From assembly GCA_964630835.1 (NCBI GenBank), contig CAZVZM010000001.1, positions 60,151-124,150 of the forward strand: DNA of 64,000 nucleotides. The letters run 5' to 3'. Below the pieces are notes generated by a model that saw only the letters and a program-made list of their open reading frames with translations, was not told where the DNA came from and made no database searches. The stretch comes from an uncultured Halanaerobiaceae bacterium. Lineage in GTDB: Bacteria > Bacillota > Halanaerobiia > Halanaerobiales > Halarsenatibacteraceae. Positions 28,615 to 38,083 of this stretch are shown here, piece by piece (positions within the stretch are counted from its first letter, which is position 1; every line of letters begins with the position of its first letter). A program made the position numbers and the translations under genes.

Positions 28615-29586
28615 ATGAAAAAAAGTTCAGTTCTATTTACTGTGGTAGCTCTAGTAATGGCTATTTCGCTAATTTCTGCACCTGCAATGGGAGCGGATGA
28701 ATTTCCGGAACAGGAAATTAATATCATTGTTCCCTTTGCTCCCGGAGGCGGTACAGATGTTTATGTAAGAAATATATCTTCACACCTTGAAGAGGAACTG
28801 GGCGTTCCTGTTGTTGTAGAAAACATTGAAGGAGCCGCTTCTCTGCGCGGAATAGGTCTTGCTCATGGAGCGGAACCTGATGGATATACTTTAATTGCTT
28901 TTAATCCACCATCTCCACATATGGCTATTGCCACACAGGGAGCCCACTTTACCGTAGATGAATTTGAATTAATCGGAGGTTATGCTATGGAGGGGCCGCT
29001 GCTTTCCGTACACCCCGATCAGCCCTATGAAACTTTTGAAGAGGTACAGGAAGCATATCGCGAGGGTGAAATTGAACTTCATGCTACCCAGTCTGAAGGA
29101 ACAATATTGCATATATCCACCGTTCTGGCCATGGAGTTTGCAGAGCTGGAAATAGATGAGTATATCCCCTATCCCGGTTCTGGAGAGATTATAGCTGCTA
29201 TGATAAGAGAAGAGGCTCCAACAGGAATTTCTACAGCCGGAGCAGCTATAGATCATATTGCTGATGGTTCATTGAGACCCATTGTTTTCATGGGACATGA
29301 GAGATATCCAGGACTTCCGGATGTTCCTTCAATCGCTGAACTGGGTTACGAAGAAGCTGCTTTGCCGCAGTTTAGACTTCTGGCGGCTCCCGAGGGGACA
29401 CCTGAAGAAATAGTGGACACACTGGAAAATGCTCTTCTCAGCGCTTTAGAGCAGGATGAACTGCTGGAATGGGCTGAGGAAGCCGATAGACCGGTTGAGC
29501 CTCTGACCGGCGAACAGGTTACTCAAATGAATGAGGATCTGGGAGAAACCATGGAATTTCTGCAGGAAGAGGGTATACTGGATTAA
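28615..29586 (+). CDS. tctC: Tripartite tricarboxylate transporter substrate-binding protein (TctC/Bug)
   Basis: Signal peptide, then FPEQEINIIVPFAPGGGTD, VVENIEGA, A.PDGYT and LPDVPSIAELG. Confidence 0.85.
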   Translation: MKKSSVLFTVVALVMAISLISAPAMGADEFPEQEINIIVPFAPGGGTDVYVRNISSHLEEELGVPVVVENIEGAASLRGIGLAHGAEPDGYTLIAFNPPSPHMAIATQGAHFTVDEFELIGGYAMEGPLLSVHPDQPYETFEEVQEAYREGEIELHATQSEGTILHISTVLAMEFAELEIDEYIPYPGSGEIIAAMIREEAPTGISTAGAAIDHIADGSLRPIVFMGHERYPGLPDVPSIAELGYEEAALPQFRLLAAPEGTPEEIVDTLENALLSALEQDELLEWAEEADRPVEPLTGEQVTQMNEDLGETMEFLQEEGILD

Positions 29587-29604
29587 ATTAAAAACCAGTG
29601 TATT

Positions 29605-29635
29605 TCCGGTGCAGCAGCTTCCCTGCTGCACCGGA
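29605..29635 (+). terminator. Stem-loop between tctC and tctB
   Basis: TCCGGTGCAGCAG-cttcc-CTGCTGCACCGGA perfect 13-bp stem followed by TTTT. Confidence 0.65.
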
Positions 29636-29712
29636 TTTTATAACTGATTTATAAAAGTGGTCATAAAGTTTTAACTTTTATTCTATGTATTTGGAAGGGA
29701 GGAGGATCTAGT

Positions 29713-30207
29713 TTGAAGGCCCTAAAAAATATTCTTATTAGATTTGACAGCCTCCTGGAAGTGCTGCTTCTTATTATAATTTTAGGTGTATCAATTTTTT
29801 TTCACCTGGAAGCATATTCTTTTTCAGACGATTCAAGAATTTATCCTCTGGTCACTTCCGGACTGGCCATAATTTTAACAGTTATTTATGTAACTATGAA
29901 GCTTTATAAAAACAGAGATAAAAAAGCCTCGGAAGAAGATTTTAAAAATTTAATTAACCCCACTTTCAAAAGGGTGCTATTTTCTGCTGTTTCTTTTGTT
30001 ATATACCTTCTGGCTGTATATTATTTCGGTTTTTTCTTGGCTTCAATCGCTTATATGATTTCCTATCCTCTGGCACTCGGTTTTAGAAAAATTCCGACCA
30101 TCATTATAGGTGTTATAACCGTAGCAGTCATAATTCTGGCATTTGAGTATGTGCTGGGTGCCGGTTTGGTTTCGGGAGAGCTTATTGAGCTGGATTTCTT
30201 ATTTTAA
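29713..30207 (+). CDS. tctB: TctB small permease
   Basis: 164 aa, about four hydrophobic segments, YYFGF motif, located between tctC and tctA. Confidence 0.75.
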   Translation: MKALKNILIRFDSLLEVLLLIIILGVSIFFHLEAYSFSDDSRIYPLVTSGLAIILTVIYVTMKLYKNRDKKASEEDFKNLINPTFKRVLFSAVSFVIYLLAVYYFGFFLASIAYMISYPLALGFRKIPTIIIGVITVAVIILAFEYVLGAGLVSGELIELDFLF

Positions 30208-30280
30208 ACCTGAAATTATACAATTGATGGAACAGATTATAAAATTACGATAGAATAACAACATTAAGGAGAGGAAACCT

Positions 30281-31768
30281 ATGTTAGGCATTTTAGGTGA
30301 GGCGATGTTATTTATAGTTCAACCCTATACACTGCTGCTGGTTTTAGCAGGAGTTATAGTGGGAGTGATAGTGGGTGCCATTCCCGGAGTGGGTCCTCCG
30401 GTTGCAATAGCGCTTTTGATTCCAATAAGCTATCCGCTCGGGCCCAATTATGCATTGGTGCTGCTTGTCAGTGTTTACAGCGGGGGAATGTTTGGTGGGG
30501 CTATAGCCTCAATACTGATAAATGCCCCGGGCACGGGAGCTTCGGCTGCGACCACAATTGACGGATATCCTATGGCCCGGAAAGGGCAGGCTCAAACAGC
30601 CCTCTCAATTGCTGCTTTTTCATCCGCTCTGGGAGGGATTTTTTCCGGGATCGTTCTTCTCTTTGGCATACCCTATCTGAGAGAGTTTGTATTGATGTTT
30701 GGAACTCCTGAATTCTTTTTGCTCGGCATACTTGGTATTGTTTTGATTGCCGTTGTAAGTAAAAAGTCAATGTTAAAGGGTTTGATCGGAGGTTGCTTTG
30801 GCCTTATGATGACAACAATAGGCATCGCTCCCATGGATGCCCAGATAAGATATACTTTTGATCTCTTTGCACTATACGATGGCATAGGATTTTTGCCGGC
30901 AATAATTGGTCTCTTTGCCATTGCAGAGATGCTGAAACTGGCAGGGGAGGATGCTTTAGGAATTTCAAAAGATTTAACTCTTTCAGGAAGCACGCTGGAA
31001 GGGATTAAGGTTGTTCTAAGAAACAAGCTCCTTTCTCTCAGGTCCGCTATATTTGGATTGTTGATCGGTACTGTCCCAGGAGCAGGAGGAACTACTGCAT
31101 CATTTATCGTATATTCACAGCTGAGTTCTTCTGCAGATGAATCGGAAGGGTATGGTGAGGGTAATCCTAAAGGCCTTGTAGCCACTGAGTCTTCAAACAA
31201 TGCTGTTATTGGGGGAGCTCTGGTTCCCACTCTGCTTTTTGGTATTCCCGGGAGCTCCACCACTGCCGTGCTTTTAGGTGGTATGCTCATACACGGGCTG
31301 AGGCCCGGTCTGGAGTTGTTTGAAGGAGAAGGTCTATTTACAGTTTATATAATTGCCCTGGCTCTTGTGCTCGGTCATCTGATGAAATTTATTCTGGGGA
31401 TTTCAGGATCAGGGCTTTTCAGCAAGGCTACGACTCTGAGAAAAGAAATTCTCATTCCAGCAGTGATGATTCTTTCTTCAATCGGTATCTATATTATTGA
31501 TCTGAACCATTTTGATCTGGTTCTGATTACAGTTTTCGGATTTATAGGCTACCTGATGGTTAAAAATAACTATCCGGTGATACCAATTATACTGGCTGTG
31601 ATACTGGGTGGAATGATAGAAGCTGATCTTTACAGGAGTTTAAGAATTGGAAGAGGTTCTTTGTTGTTTCTCCTGGAGAGGCCAATTTCGATTGTACTGA
31701 TTGTATGTATGATTATAATTCTTTCCAGCCCCATTTTGAAAAAACTGTATAAGCGGGTCTCAAATTAA
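30281..31768 (+). CDS. tctA: TctA large permease
   Basis: GAIPGVGP, INAPGT.ASAATTIDGYPMA..G, ESSNNA and LLFGIPGS motifs. Confidence 0.9.
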   Translation: MLGILGEAMLFIVQPYTLLLVLAGVIVGVIVGAIPGVGPPVAIALLIPISYPLGPNYALVLLVSVYSGGMFGGAIASILINAPGTGASAATTIDGYPMARKGQAQTALSIAAFSSALGGIFSGIVLLFGIPYLREFVLMFGTPEFFLLGILGIVLIAVVSKKSMLKGLIGGCFGLMMTTIGIAPMDAQIRYTFDLFALYDGIGFLPAIIGLFAIAEMLKLAGEDALGISKDLTLSGSTLEGIKVVLRNKLLSLRSAIFGLLIGTVPGAGGTTASFIVYSQLSSSADESEGYGEGNPKGLVATESSNNAVIGGALVPTLLFGIPGSSTTAVLLGGMLIHGLRPGLELFEGEGLFTVYIIALALVLGHLMKFILGISGSGLFSKATTLRKEILIPAVMILSSIGIYIIDLNHFDLVLITVFGFIGYLMVKNNYPVIPIILAVILGGMIEADLYRSLRIGRGSLLFLLERPISIVLIVCMIIILSSPILKKLYKRVSN

Positions 31769-31816
31769 GAAAATTATGCTTTGCAGGAATCGTTGTTTTC
31801 ACCCTTAATTAATTAG

Positions 31817-32896
31817 GTGGGAGATAATTTGACTGAAAATCAAAATAGAGTTTATCCTGAGCGCCTGGAATTTTTCACTCGCAAGCTGCTTCAGGCAGCT
31901 GGTCTTTGTAAAAACCATGCCGAAATTGTGACTTCATCTCTTATTGATGCAAATGTCAGCGGTAAAGATAGTCATGGTGTAACCAGGCTGCCAACTTATT
32001 TGAAAAGGCTGGAGAGAGGGTTGATTAATAGGCGGCCTCGAATAAGTTTTAAAAAGAAATCGGATGGGACCGGCATTGTTGATGGTGACAATGGCATGGG
32101 ACATATTGCTGCCATGAAAGCAGCAGAAAAGTCGGCAGAAATTGCGGAAGAAACTGGAGCTGCTTTTATTGGAGTTAAAAACAGCAACCACTTTGGAACA
32201 GCGGGTTATTATGCAAAACATATTCTTTCTAATAATAAAATAGGATTTGTTTTTTCCAGTGCTGCCCCCACCATGGTTCCTCACGGAGGAGCAACACCTG
32301 TTTTGGGAACCAATCCCCTGGCAGCAGGTATTCCCACCAGAGGAGAATTTCCAATTGTTATAGATATGGCTACAAGTGTGGTGGCCCGGGGCAATATTTT
32401 GCTTGCCGATAAAGAAGGAAAGAAGATTCCTGAGGGCTGGGCTGTTGATACTGAGGGTAGGCCTACAACTGATGCCGGGAAGGCTCTGGAAGGAGCTGTT
32501 CTCCCATTTGCAGGGCCTAAAGGATATTCGCTGGCTTTACTGGTTGATGTGCTTTCAGGTGTATTGACCGGGGCTTCCTGGGGTAAACATATAAATTCTC
32601 AAAATACCGACTTTGAAAATCCTCAGGATCTTGGGCATTTTATGGGGGCAATTGATATTGAAACCTTCATGACTCTTGATGTATTCAGGGAGAGAATACA
32701 GGAGTTTGTAAGAGAAATTAAGGATATCCCCCCTGCTCCGGATCAGGAGGAAGTTATGTTGCCGGGGGAAATAGAAGCCCGGACCGAAAGAAAAAGGCGC
32801 AGGGAAGGAATACCCATACCACTTTCTGTTGCGGGAGAGTTAAAAGATCTGGGTGACAAATATGATCTGGACAGGAATCTGCTTGAAGTTTTTTGA
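31817..32896 (+). CDS. Ldh_2-family (malate/L-lactate/sulfolactate-type) oxidoreductase
   Basis: DSHGVTRL, DGDNGMGH, NSNHFG, GTNPLA..DMATS and KGYSLAL motifs. Confidence 0.85.
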   Translation: MGDNLTENQNRVYPERLEFFTRKLLQAAGLCKNHAEIVTSSLIDANVSGKDSHGVTRLPTYLKRLERGLINRRPRISFKKKSDGTGIVDGDNGMGHIAAMKAAEKSAEIAEETGAAFIGVKNSNHFGTAGYYAKHILSNNKIGFVFSSAAPTMVPHGGATPVLGTNPLAAGIPTRGEFPIVIDMATSVVARGNILLADKEGKKIPEGWAVDTEGRPTTDAGKALEGAVLPFAGPKGYSLALLVDVLSGVLTGASWGKHINSQNTDFENPQDLGHFMGAIDIETFMTLDVFRERIQEFVREIKDIPPAPDQEEVMLPGEIEARTERKRRREGIPIPLSVAGELKDLGDKYDLDRNLLEVF

Positions 32897-32940
32897 TCCC
32901 AAACCTTTGAAAGTTATCTTTTTCTTAACAGGATATATCA

Positions 32941-34227
32941 ATGCTTTTAGGGAGGTATATATCAATCGGAAAATTATTTTCACAGAATTTGCACGATAAA
33001 ATAAGAGATAAATTTCATTACGTTGATGAGAGCCCCTACGCCGGTCGGAGAATTTTTCTGGACTCCGTTTCAGGGGCTTTGAGGTTAAAAGACATGGGAG
33101 AAAGAGCATGTAAAGAAGTCAAATCCTATGCCCAAAAAAATAGAGTTGATCCTGCCTCTGTTCATTTTGCTGAAATTAAGAGGAAATTCAAAAGCGATGC
33201 CCGGCTATTTTTCGGAACAGATTCGGGTAATATTGTGCCCGCAATGAGCGGCACTCACGCCATTTATCGCTGTGTAAATGCTGTCTGTGCCGCTGCGAAA
33301 GCCGGAAATAATATTGTAACTACAGGCCTGGAACACCCGGCCGCTTATGAAGCAACACATCAATTTGCCCAAAAATACGATCTGGAGAGAAGAGTGGCAG
33401 ATTTTGATCCTGAGAGTGGATTTGTGCCCGCAGATAATATCTTAGAACATGTGGATCAGGATACAGAGCTGCTTATGATTATTCATGGCTCAAATGTTAC
33501 CGGTGCTGTGAATAATATTAAAGAAATTGTTGCGAGAGCCCGAAAAAAGAATCCGGATATTTATGCTGTCGTGGATGGAGTTCAATATGCACCCCATGGT
33601 TTGATCAATGTTGAAGAGCTGGGTGTGGATGCCTATGCTATAAGCGGCTATAAAATATTTTGCAAGAAGGGCAGCGGGATAGCCTGGATAAATGAAAGAT
33701 TTGATCGGCTTCCTCACTGGCAGTTTCGTGAGAGGCCGGAAGGAGAATGGGCAATTGGCGCAGAGGATGAGTCCACATATGCGGGTTTTTCAGCAGTCAT
33801 AAACTATCTTAAATGGTTGGGTGAAAAATTTGTCAGCAGTGACGATGAAAGGGACAGAGTTTCTGCTGCTATGGAAAAAATAAGTTCCCATACTGAAGCC
33901 CTGATGGCAACTGCCCTGGAGGGCAGTGAAGGTCAGAAAGGACTGCGGAAAATGAGGAATGTAAAGATTTTTGGGCTTAAGGGCAGGCCGGAAAATAGAA
34001 CCGGTCTCATATCATTTAAAATTGAAGGTGAGGACTCACTTGAAGCTGCCCGAAAATATTTTGATAAGTTCGGAATCAGTCTCAGCACCAGGGAAATGAA
34101 CATATATGCCAGACACATTCTTGAAAGGCTGGGAGTGAACAATCTGATCAGAGCTTCATTTTGTCATTATAATTGTCAGCGGGAGATTAAGGAATTCATT
34201 GACGCAACTAATAAGCTGCAAAGCTAA
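32941..34227 (+). CDS. Class-V PLP enzyme (cysteine-desulfurase-like)
   Basis: LEHPA, GSNVTG, DGVQYAPH, PLP lysine in SGYK and C-terminal RASFCHYN. Confidence 0.8.
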   Translation: MLLGRYISIGKLFSQNLHDKIRDKFHYVDESPYAGRRIFLDSVSGALRLKDMGERACKEVKSYAQKNRVDPASVHFAEIKRKFKSDARLFFGTDSGNIVPAMSGTHAIYRCVNAVCAAAKAGNNIVTTGLEHPAAYEATHQFAQKYDLERRVADFDPESGFVPADNILEHVDQDTELLMIIHGSNVTGAVNNIKEIVARARKKNPDIYAVVDGVQYAPHGLINVEELGVDAYAISGYKIFCKKGSGIAWINERFDRLPHWQFRERPEGEWAIGAEDESTYAGFSAVINYLKWLGEKFVSSDDERDRVSAAMEKISSHTEALMATALEGSEGQKGLRKMRNVKIFGLKGRPENRTGLISFKIEGEDSLEAARKYFDKFGISLSTREMNIYARHILERLGVNNLIRASFCHYNCQREIKEFIDATNKLQS

Positions 34228-34239
34228 GATTGATTTATA

Positions 34240-34400
34240 ATGGTTTTAATTGTCCTGCTGAAGTTGGTCAATGCCCTGGGAGCTCCTTTGCTGGCTGCAA
34301 ATGTGATCGTCATGCTGCTGGCATCCTTTTTGATGGGTTTATCAGCTCTGGGCTGGCCCGGCCTTTACTACACTGCGGTGAGTGAAAAAAGCAGAGGAGT
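34240..34400 (+). pseudogene. Possible remnant of a membrane transporter gene (MFS-like internal helices)
   Basis: Short hydrophobic ORF (LLASFLMGLSALGWPGLYYTAVSE) that looks like an internal transporter segment and runs out of frame into the citE start. Resemblance judged by eye only. Confidence 0.3.
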
Positions 34401-34408
34401 GAACTTAT

Positions 34409-35281
34409 ATGCTGCGCTCTATTTTATTTATGCCCGGAAACAATGAAAAAATATTAAGCAGGGTGGAGAAGTTAAATGCGGATGCAGTAATTCTTGATCT
34501 GGAAGATGGAGTGCCGCCTGCAGAAAAGGAAAAAGCGCGGGAGCTGGTATACAGGCGCCTGCAAAGTCTGAAGGTAGCGGATCTTAAAAAAAGAATATAT
34601 GTCAGGGTGAACGGCCCGGGTATGGGGTGTATGCGTGAGGACCTGAGAGCAGTTCTGTCTCCTGTGCTTGATGGTCTTATGCTTCCTATGGTTAACTCAA
34701 CGCAAGAGATACATAAATTAACCACTCTGCTCACTGTATTAAGCACCGGCAAAAAAGATATAAAGCTAAATGAGCTCAGCCTTCTGCTCAATGTGGAAAC
34801 GGCCAGGGGAATTCTCAATCTCTCTGAGCTTATGTCAGCTACAGATCTGGTGAGCGGTGCAGCTCTGGGGGGAGAAGATCTTTCTTTGGATATGAGGGCC
34901 AAACGAACTTCAGGTGGCAATGAGATTGCTTATGCCCGTTCTCACCTGGTGATGGCTTCCAGGGCAGCAGACAAACTTGCTATTGATACGGTTTTTACCG
35001 ATATTGAAGATACAGAAGGCTTAAGAAAAGAGGCCAGGGAGGCTGCCCGGATGGGTTATGATGGCAAATTGCTGATCCATCCGTCTCAAATAGAACCTGT
35101 TAACGAAATATTTATGCCGGCTCCGGAGGAGATAAATTTTGCCCGCAGGGTTGTTGAAGCCTTTGAGCGGGGAGAAGAGGAGGGGCGGGGAGCTGTCAAA
35201 GTTGACGGCAAAATGGTGGATCCTCCGGTGGCCGCTCGCGCCAGGCGCATTTTGGAGATGGCTGATGATAGAATTTTTTGA
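34409..35281 (+). CDS. CitE/HpcH-HpaI-family CoA-ester lyase (citryl-/malyl-/citramalyl-CoA lyase-like)
   Basis: RSILFMPG, DAVILDLEDGV, VRVN, GGEDL and GKLLIHPSQI motifs. Confidence 0.85.
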   Translation: MLRSILFMPGNNEKILSRVEKLNADAVILDLEDGVPPAEKEKARELVYRRLQSLKVADLKKRIYVRVNGPGMGCMREDLRAVLSPVLDGLMLPMVNSTQEIHKLTTLLTVLSTGKKDIKLNELSLLLNVETARGILNLSELMSATDLVSGAALGGEDLSLDMRAKRTSGGNEIAYARSHLVMASRAADKLAIDTVFTDIEDTEGLRKEAREAARMGYDGKLLIHPSQIEPVNEIFMPAPEEINFARRVVEAFERGEEEGRGAVKVDGKMVDPPVAARARRILEMADDRIF

Positions 35282-35342
35282 AAGCCAGCGTTAACGGATC
35301 TGGTTAGATTATATAACAGGCTATAACGATCGGGAAATTTCC

Positions 35343-35371
35343 TTGACAAAAGATATTCACTCTAATATAAT
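35343..35371 (+). promoter_or_regulatory. Consensus sigma-A promoter of the T-box leader
   Basis: TTGACA (35343-35348), 17 nt, TATAAT (35366-35371). Confidence 0.75.
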
Positions 35372-35425
35372 GGTTTAAAACCTGGAATTTAGTCTGGTAA
35401 TTTATTGAAATACGAATATACAATA

Positions 35426-35710
35426 AAAGCTATGATGAGGACGAGTAATCTATCTGGCTGCCGCAGAGAGGGAAAATCACCGGCTGAAAATTTTCCCGGC
35501 CTGCCGATGGACGAAAACCCCCTCTAAGCTGGCTCCTGAAATATTTCCTGACGTGAAAAACATGGCCATTCAGGAAACTGTGTAAGGATTGCCCCGGCTG
35601 CTCCGTCGTTAAAAAGCATTTTGATGAGATAATTCGTTTTCCAAAAAAACGAGTTAATTAGAGTGGAACCGCGGACCCTTCCGTCTCTTGTGAGGCGGAA
35701 GGGTTTTTTA
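35426..35710 (+). promoter_or_regulatory. T-box riboswitch, probably tRNA-Thr specific
   Basis: Stem I with GAGG/CCTC base, AGTA, AGAGA and GGCTGAA; GTCGTTA element; T-box AATTAGAGTGGAACCGCG (35656-35673); terminator CCCTTCCGTCTC/GAGGCGGAAGGG plus T6. Confidence 0.85.
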
Positions 35711-35718
35711 TATTTGCA

Positions 35719-35842
35719 TGGAAGCTATGAAGCTCCGCTCACAATGAAATTTTTCCTCTGCTTCCTATAATAAGAGATGAGCAGCTATCGTTTTACAGGC
35801 ATATGTCGAAAATTTCACTAACGGTTATGGAGAAAAATTAAA
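35719..35842. repeat. Dispersed composite repeat, copy C
   Basis: 35719-35763 is a near reverse complement of 61125-61168, and 35775-35842 is a near reverse complement of 28307-28380. Confidence 0.75.
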
Positions 35843-35931
35843 TTTAATATACCGGAAAATATGGGATTTCTATCACGAGAAATTTTCCGGGAAATATTAA
35901 ATAAAAACAAACAAAACAGGAGGCAATAATC

Positions 35932-36783
35932 ATGTCAGAGAAAAAGACTATACTCGATTTTCAGAGGATGAAGGAAGAAGGGGAGAAGGTGGCCTGGATA
36001 ACTGCCTATGATTTTCCCACCGCATCCTTTGCAGAGAAGGCGGGAATGGATATGATACTGGTGGGAGATTCGCTGGGGATGGTGGTAAAGGGTTATGAAG
36101 GGACTGAACCCGTTACCATGGAGGACTGCATATCACACTCTCAGGATGTAAGACGCGGGGCTCCAAACACTTACTGTATCGGCGATATGCCCTTTATGTC
36201 CTACCAGGTATCCTGTGAAGAGGCTGTGGCCAATGCGGGCAGATTTATAAAGGAGGCCGATATGGATGCCATAAAACTTGAAGGAGGTCGACGTGTCTGC
36301 AGGCAGGTAGAAGAGATAACTGCTGCAGGAATTGTAGTTTTTGGACACATCGGATTGACTCCCCAGAGTTCGGGCCAGCTGGGAGGATTTAAGGCTCAGG
36401 GCCTGCATACTGACAGCGCCAGAGAGCTAATAGAGGATGCTCTGGCCCTTGAAGAAGCCGGCTGTGAGGCGATTTTAATCGAGGCTGTTCCTCCCCGCGT
36501 TACTGCCTTTATAGCGGATAAATTGGAAATCCCGGTTTATTCCATCGGGGCAGGTAAAGAATGCGATGGTCAGCTTCTCATATGTGGGGATATGCTGGGG
36601 ATGTTTGAAGCCTTTACCCCCAAATTTGTAAAGAAATATGCCAATCTGGCAGAGATTGAGATAGATGCCTTTGAGGAATACATCGAGGATGTGAAGGAGG
36701 GGAAATTTCCGAAAGATGAACACGTCTATAATATACGTGATAGCGAGGAAAAGTTTGAAGAAATGTTCGATGAGTTTAGATGA
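35932..36783 (+). CDS. panB: 3-methyl-2-oxobutanoate hydroxymethyltransferase
   Basis: TAYDF, LVGDSLGM, DMPFMSY, KLEGG, GHIGLTPQS and IGAG..CDGQ motifs. Confidence 0.88.
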   Translation: MSEKKTILDFQRMKEEGEKVAWITAYDFPTASFAEKAGMDMILVGDSLGMVVKGYEGTEPVTMEDCISHSQDVRRGAPNTYCIGDMPFMSYQVSCEEAVANAGRFIKEADMDAIKLEGGRRVCRQVEEITAAGIVVFGHIGLTPQSSGQLGGFKAQGLHTDSARELIEDALALEEAGCEAILIEAVPPRVTAFIADKLEIPVYSIGAGKECDGQLLICGDMLGMFEAFTPKFVKKYANLAEIEIDAFEEYIEDVKEGKFPKDEHVYNIRDSEEKFEEMFDEFR

Positions 36784-36858
36784 ATTTGAATATGGAAGCT
36801 TGATATTAAAACAGAGCTCTTCTTGAAGACCCAAAATAGTTGTGAGGAGGCAAATATA

Positions 36859-38052
36859 TTGCAGGTATCATCCAGAGTGGAGAAACTGAAAACTGAACAG
36901 GCCTTTGACGTGCTGGAGGAAGTGAATGCTCTTCGTGAGCAGGGAAGGGACATAATCAGTCTGGCTATCGGCGAGCCTGATTTTAATACCCCGGAAGTAA
37001 TAAAAAGAGCGGGGATCAGGGCTATTAAAGACGACAAAACAGGATACAGCCCTTCACCGGGAATACCGCAGCTCAGAGAGGAGGTAGCAGGCTATCTCAG
37101 CAGAAGCAGGAGAGCCGAATATGAAAAAGCTGAAACTGCAGTGGCTCCCGGGGCAAAACCGATGATATTTTACGGTATAATGGCTCTTATGGAGAGGGGA
37201 GATAAAGTGATTTATCCCAGCCCGGGTTTCCCGGTATACAGCTCAATTATTGAGATGATGGGGGGGGAACCTGTTCCCCTGCCCATGAGGGCAGAAAACA
37301 GCTTTAACTTCTCTTGTGAAGAACTTGAAAATATGATAGATGATCTGACTGCGGGTATTATTATCAATTCCCCTCATAATCCAACTGGATCTGTTATTGA
37401 CAGGGAAAGAATGGAGCAGCTGGCGGAATTGATAAAGGAAAAAAATCTCTGGATAATTTCTGATGAAGTATACTCGGAGCTTGTCTATGAAGGTGAAGCT
37501 CCCAGCATTGTGGACTTTCCAGGTATGAAGGAAAGGACGCTTTTAATCGATGGTTTCTCCAAAGCATTTGCCATGACCGGCTGGCGCCTGGGGTATGCAG
37601 GTGGTCCTGAAAAGTTGATTGACAGGATCGGCAAGCTTATTACCAACTCTGTATCCTGTACCGCCACCTTTACCCAGCATGCAGGGGTTAAAGCGCTGGA
37701 ATCTGCCTGGAATGCCCTGGATAGAATGGTTGAGAAACTGGCAGAAAGGAGAGAGATCGTCTGGGAGGGTTTAAACGATATTGAAGGAATTGAATGCCAG
37801 AAACCAGATGGGGCATTTTATGCCTTTGCCGATGTAACTGAGGCCTGCCGGCAGCTGGGCTTTTCTGATGCGAGGGAATATCAAAAGTTTTTGCTTGAAG
37901 AGGCGGGTGTAGCGGTGCTTTACAGGGAATGCTTTGGAAAAAGATTTCCCGGGGAGGAGCGAGAATACATCCGTATATCATATGCCAGCAGCGCCGGGCG
38001 CATAAAGGAGGCTCTGAATAGAATAAAAGCTCTGCATCCCCTGAAAATTTAG
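36859..38052 (+). CDS. Class I/II PLP aminotransferase (AspC-like)
   Basis: IGEPDF, NSPHNPTG, SDEVY and GFSKAFAMTGWRLGY motifs. Probable TTG start at 36859 after GGAGG. Confidence 0.85.
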   Translation: MQVSSRVEKLKTEQAFDVLEEVNALREQGRDIISLAIGEPDFNTPEVIKRAGIRAIKDDKTGYSPSPGIPQLREEVAGYLSRSRRAEYEKAETAVAPGAKPMIFYGIMALMERGDKVIYPSPGFPVYSSIIEMMGGEPVPLPMRAENSFNFSCEELENMIDDLTAGIIINSPHNPTGSVIDRERMEQLAELIKEKNLWIISDEVYSELVYEGEAPSIVDFPGMKERTLLIDGFSKAFAMTGWRLGYAGGPEKLIDRIGKLITNSVSCTATFTQHAGVKALESAWNALDRMVEKLAERREIVWEGLNDIEGIECQKPDGAFYAFADVTEACRQLGFSDAREYQKFLLEEAGVAVLYRECFGKRFPGEEREYIRISYASSAGRIKEALNRIKALHPLKI

Positions 38053-38054
38053 AT

Positions 38055-38083
38055 TTGACACCACCACATAAACATGTTAATAT
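38055..38083 (+). promoter_or_regulatory. sigma-A promoter of the ilvB leader
   Basis: TTGACA (38055-38060), 17 nt, TAATAT (38078-38083) with TGn extended -10. Confidence 0.6.
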
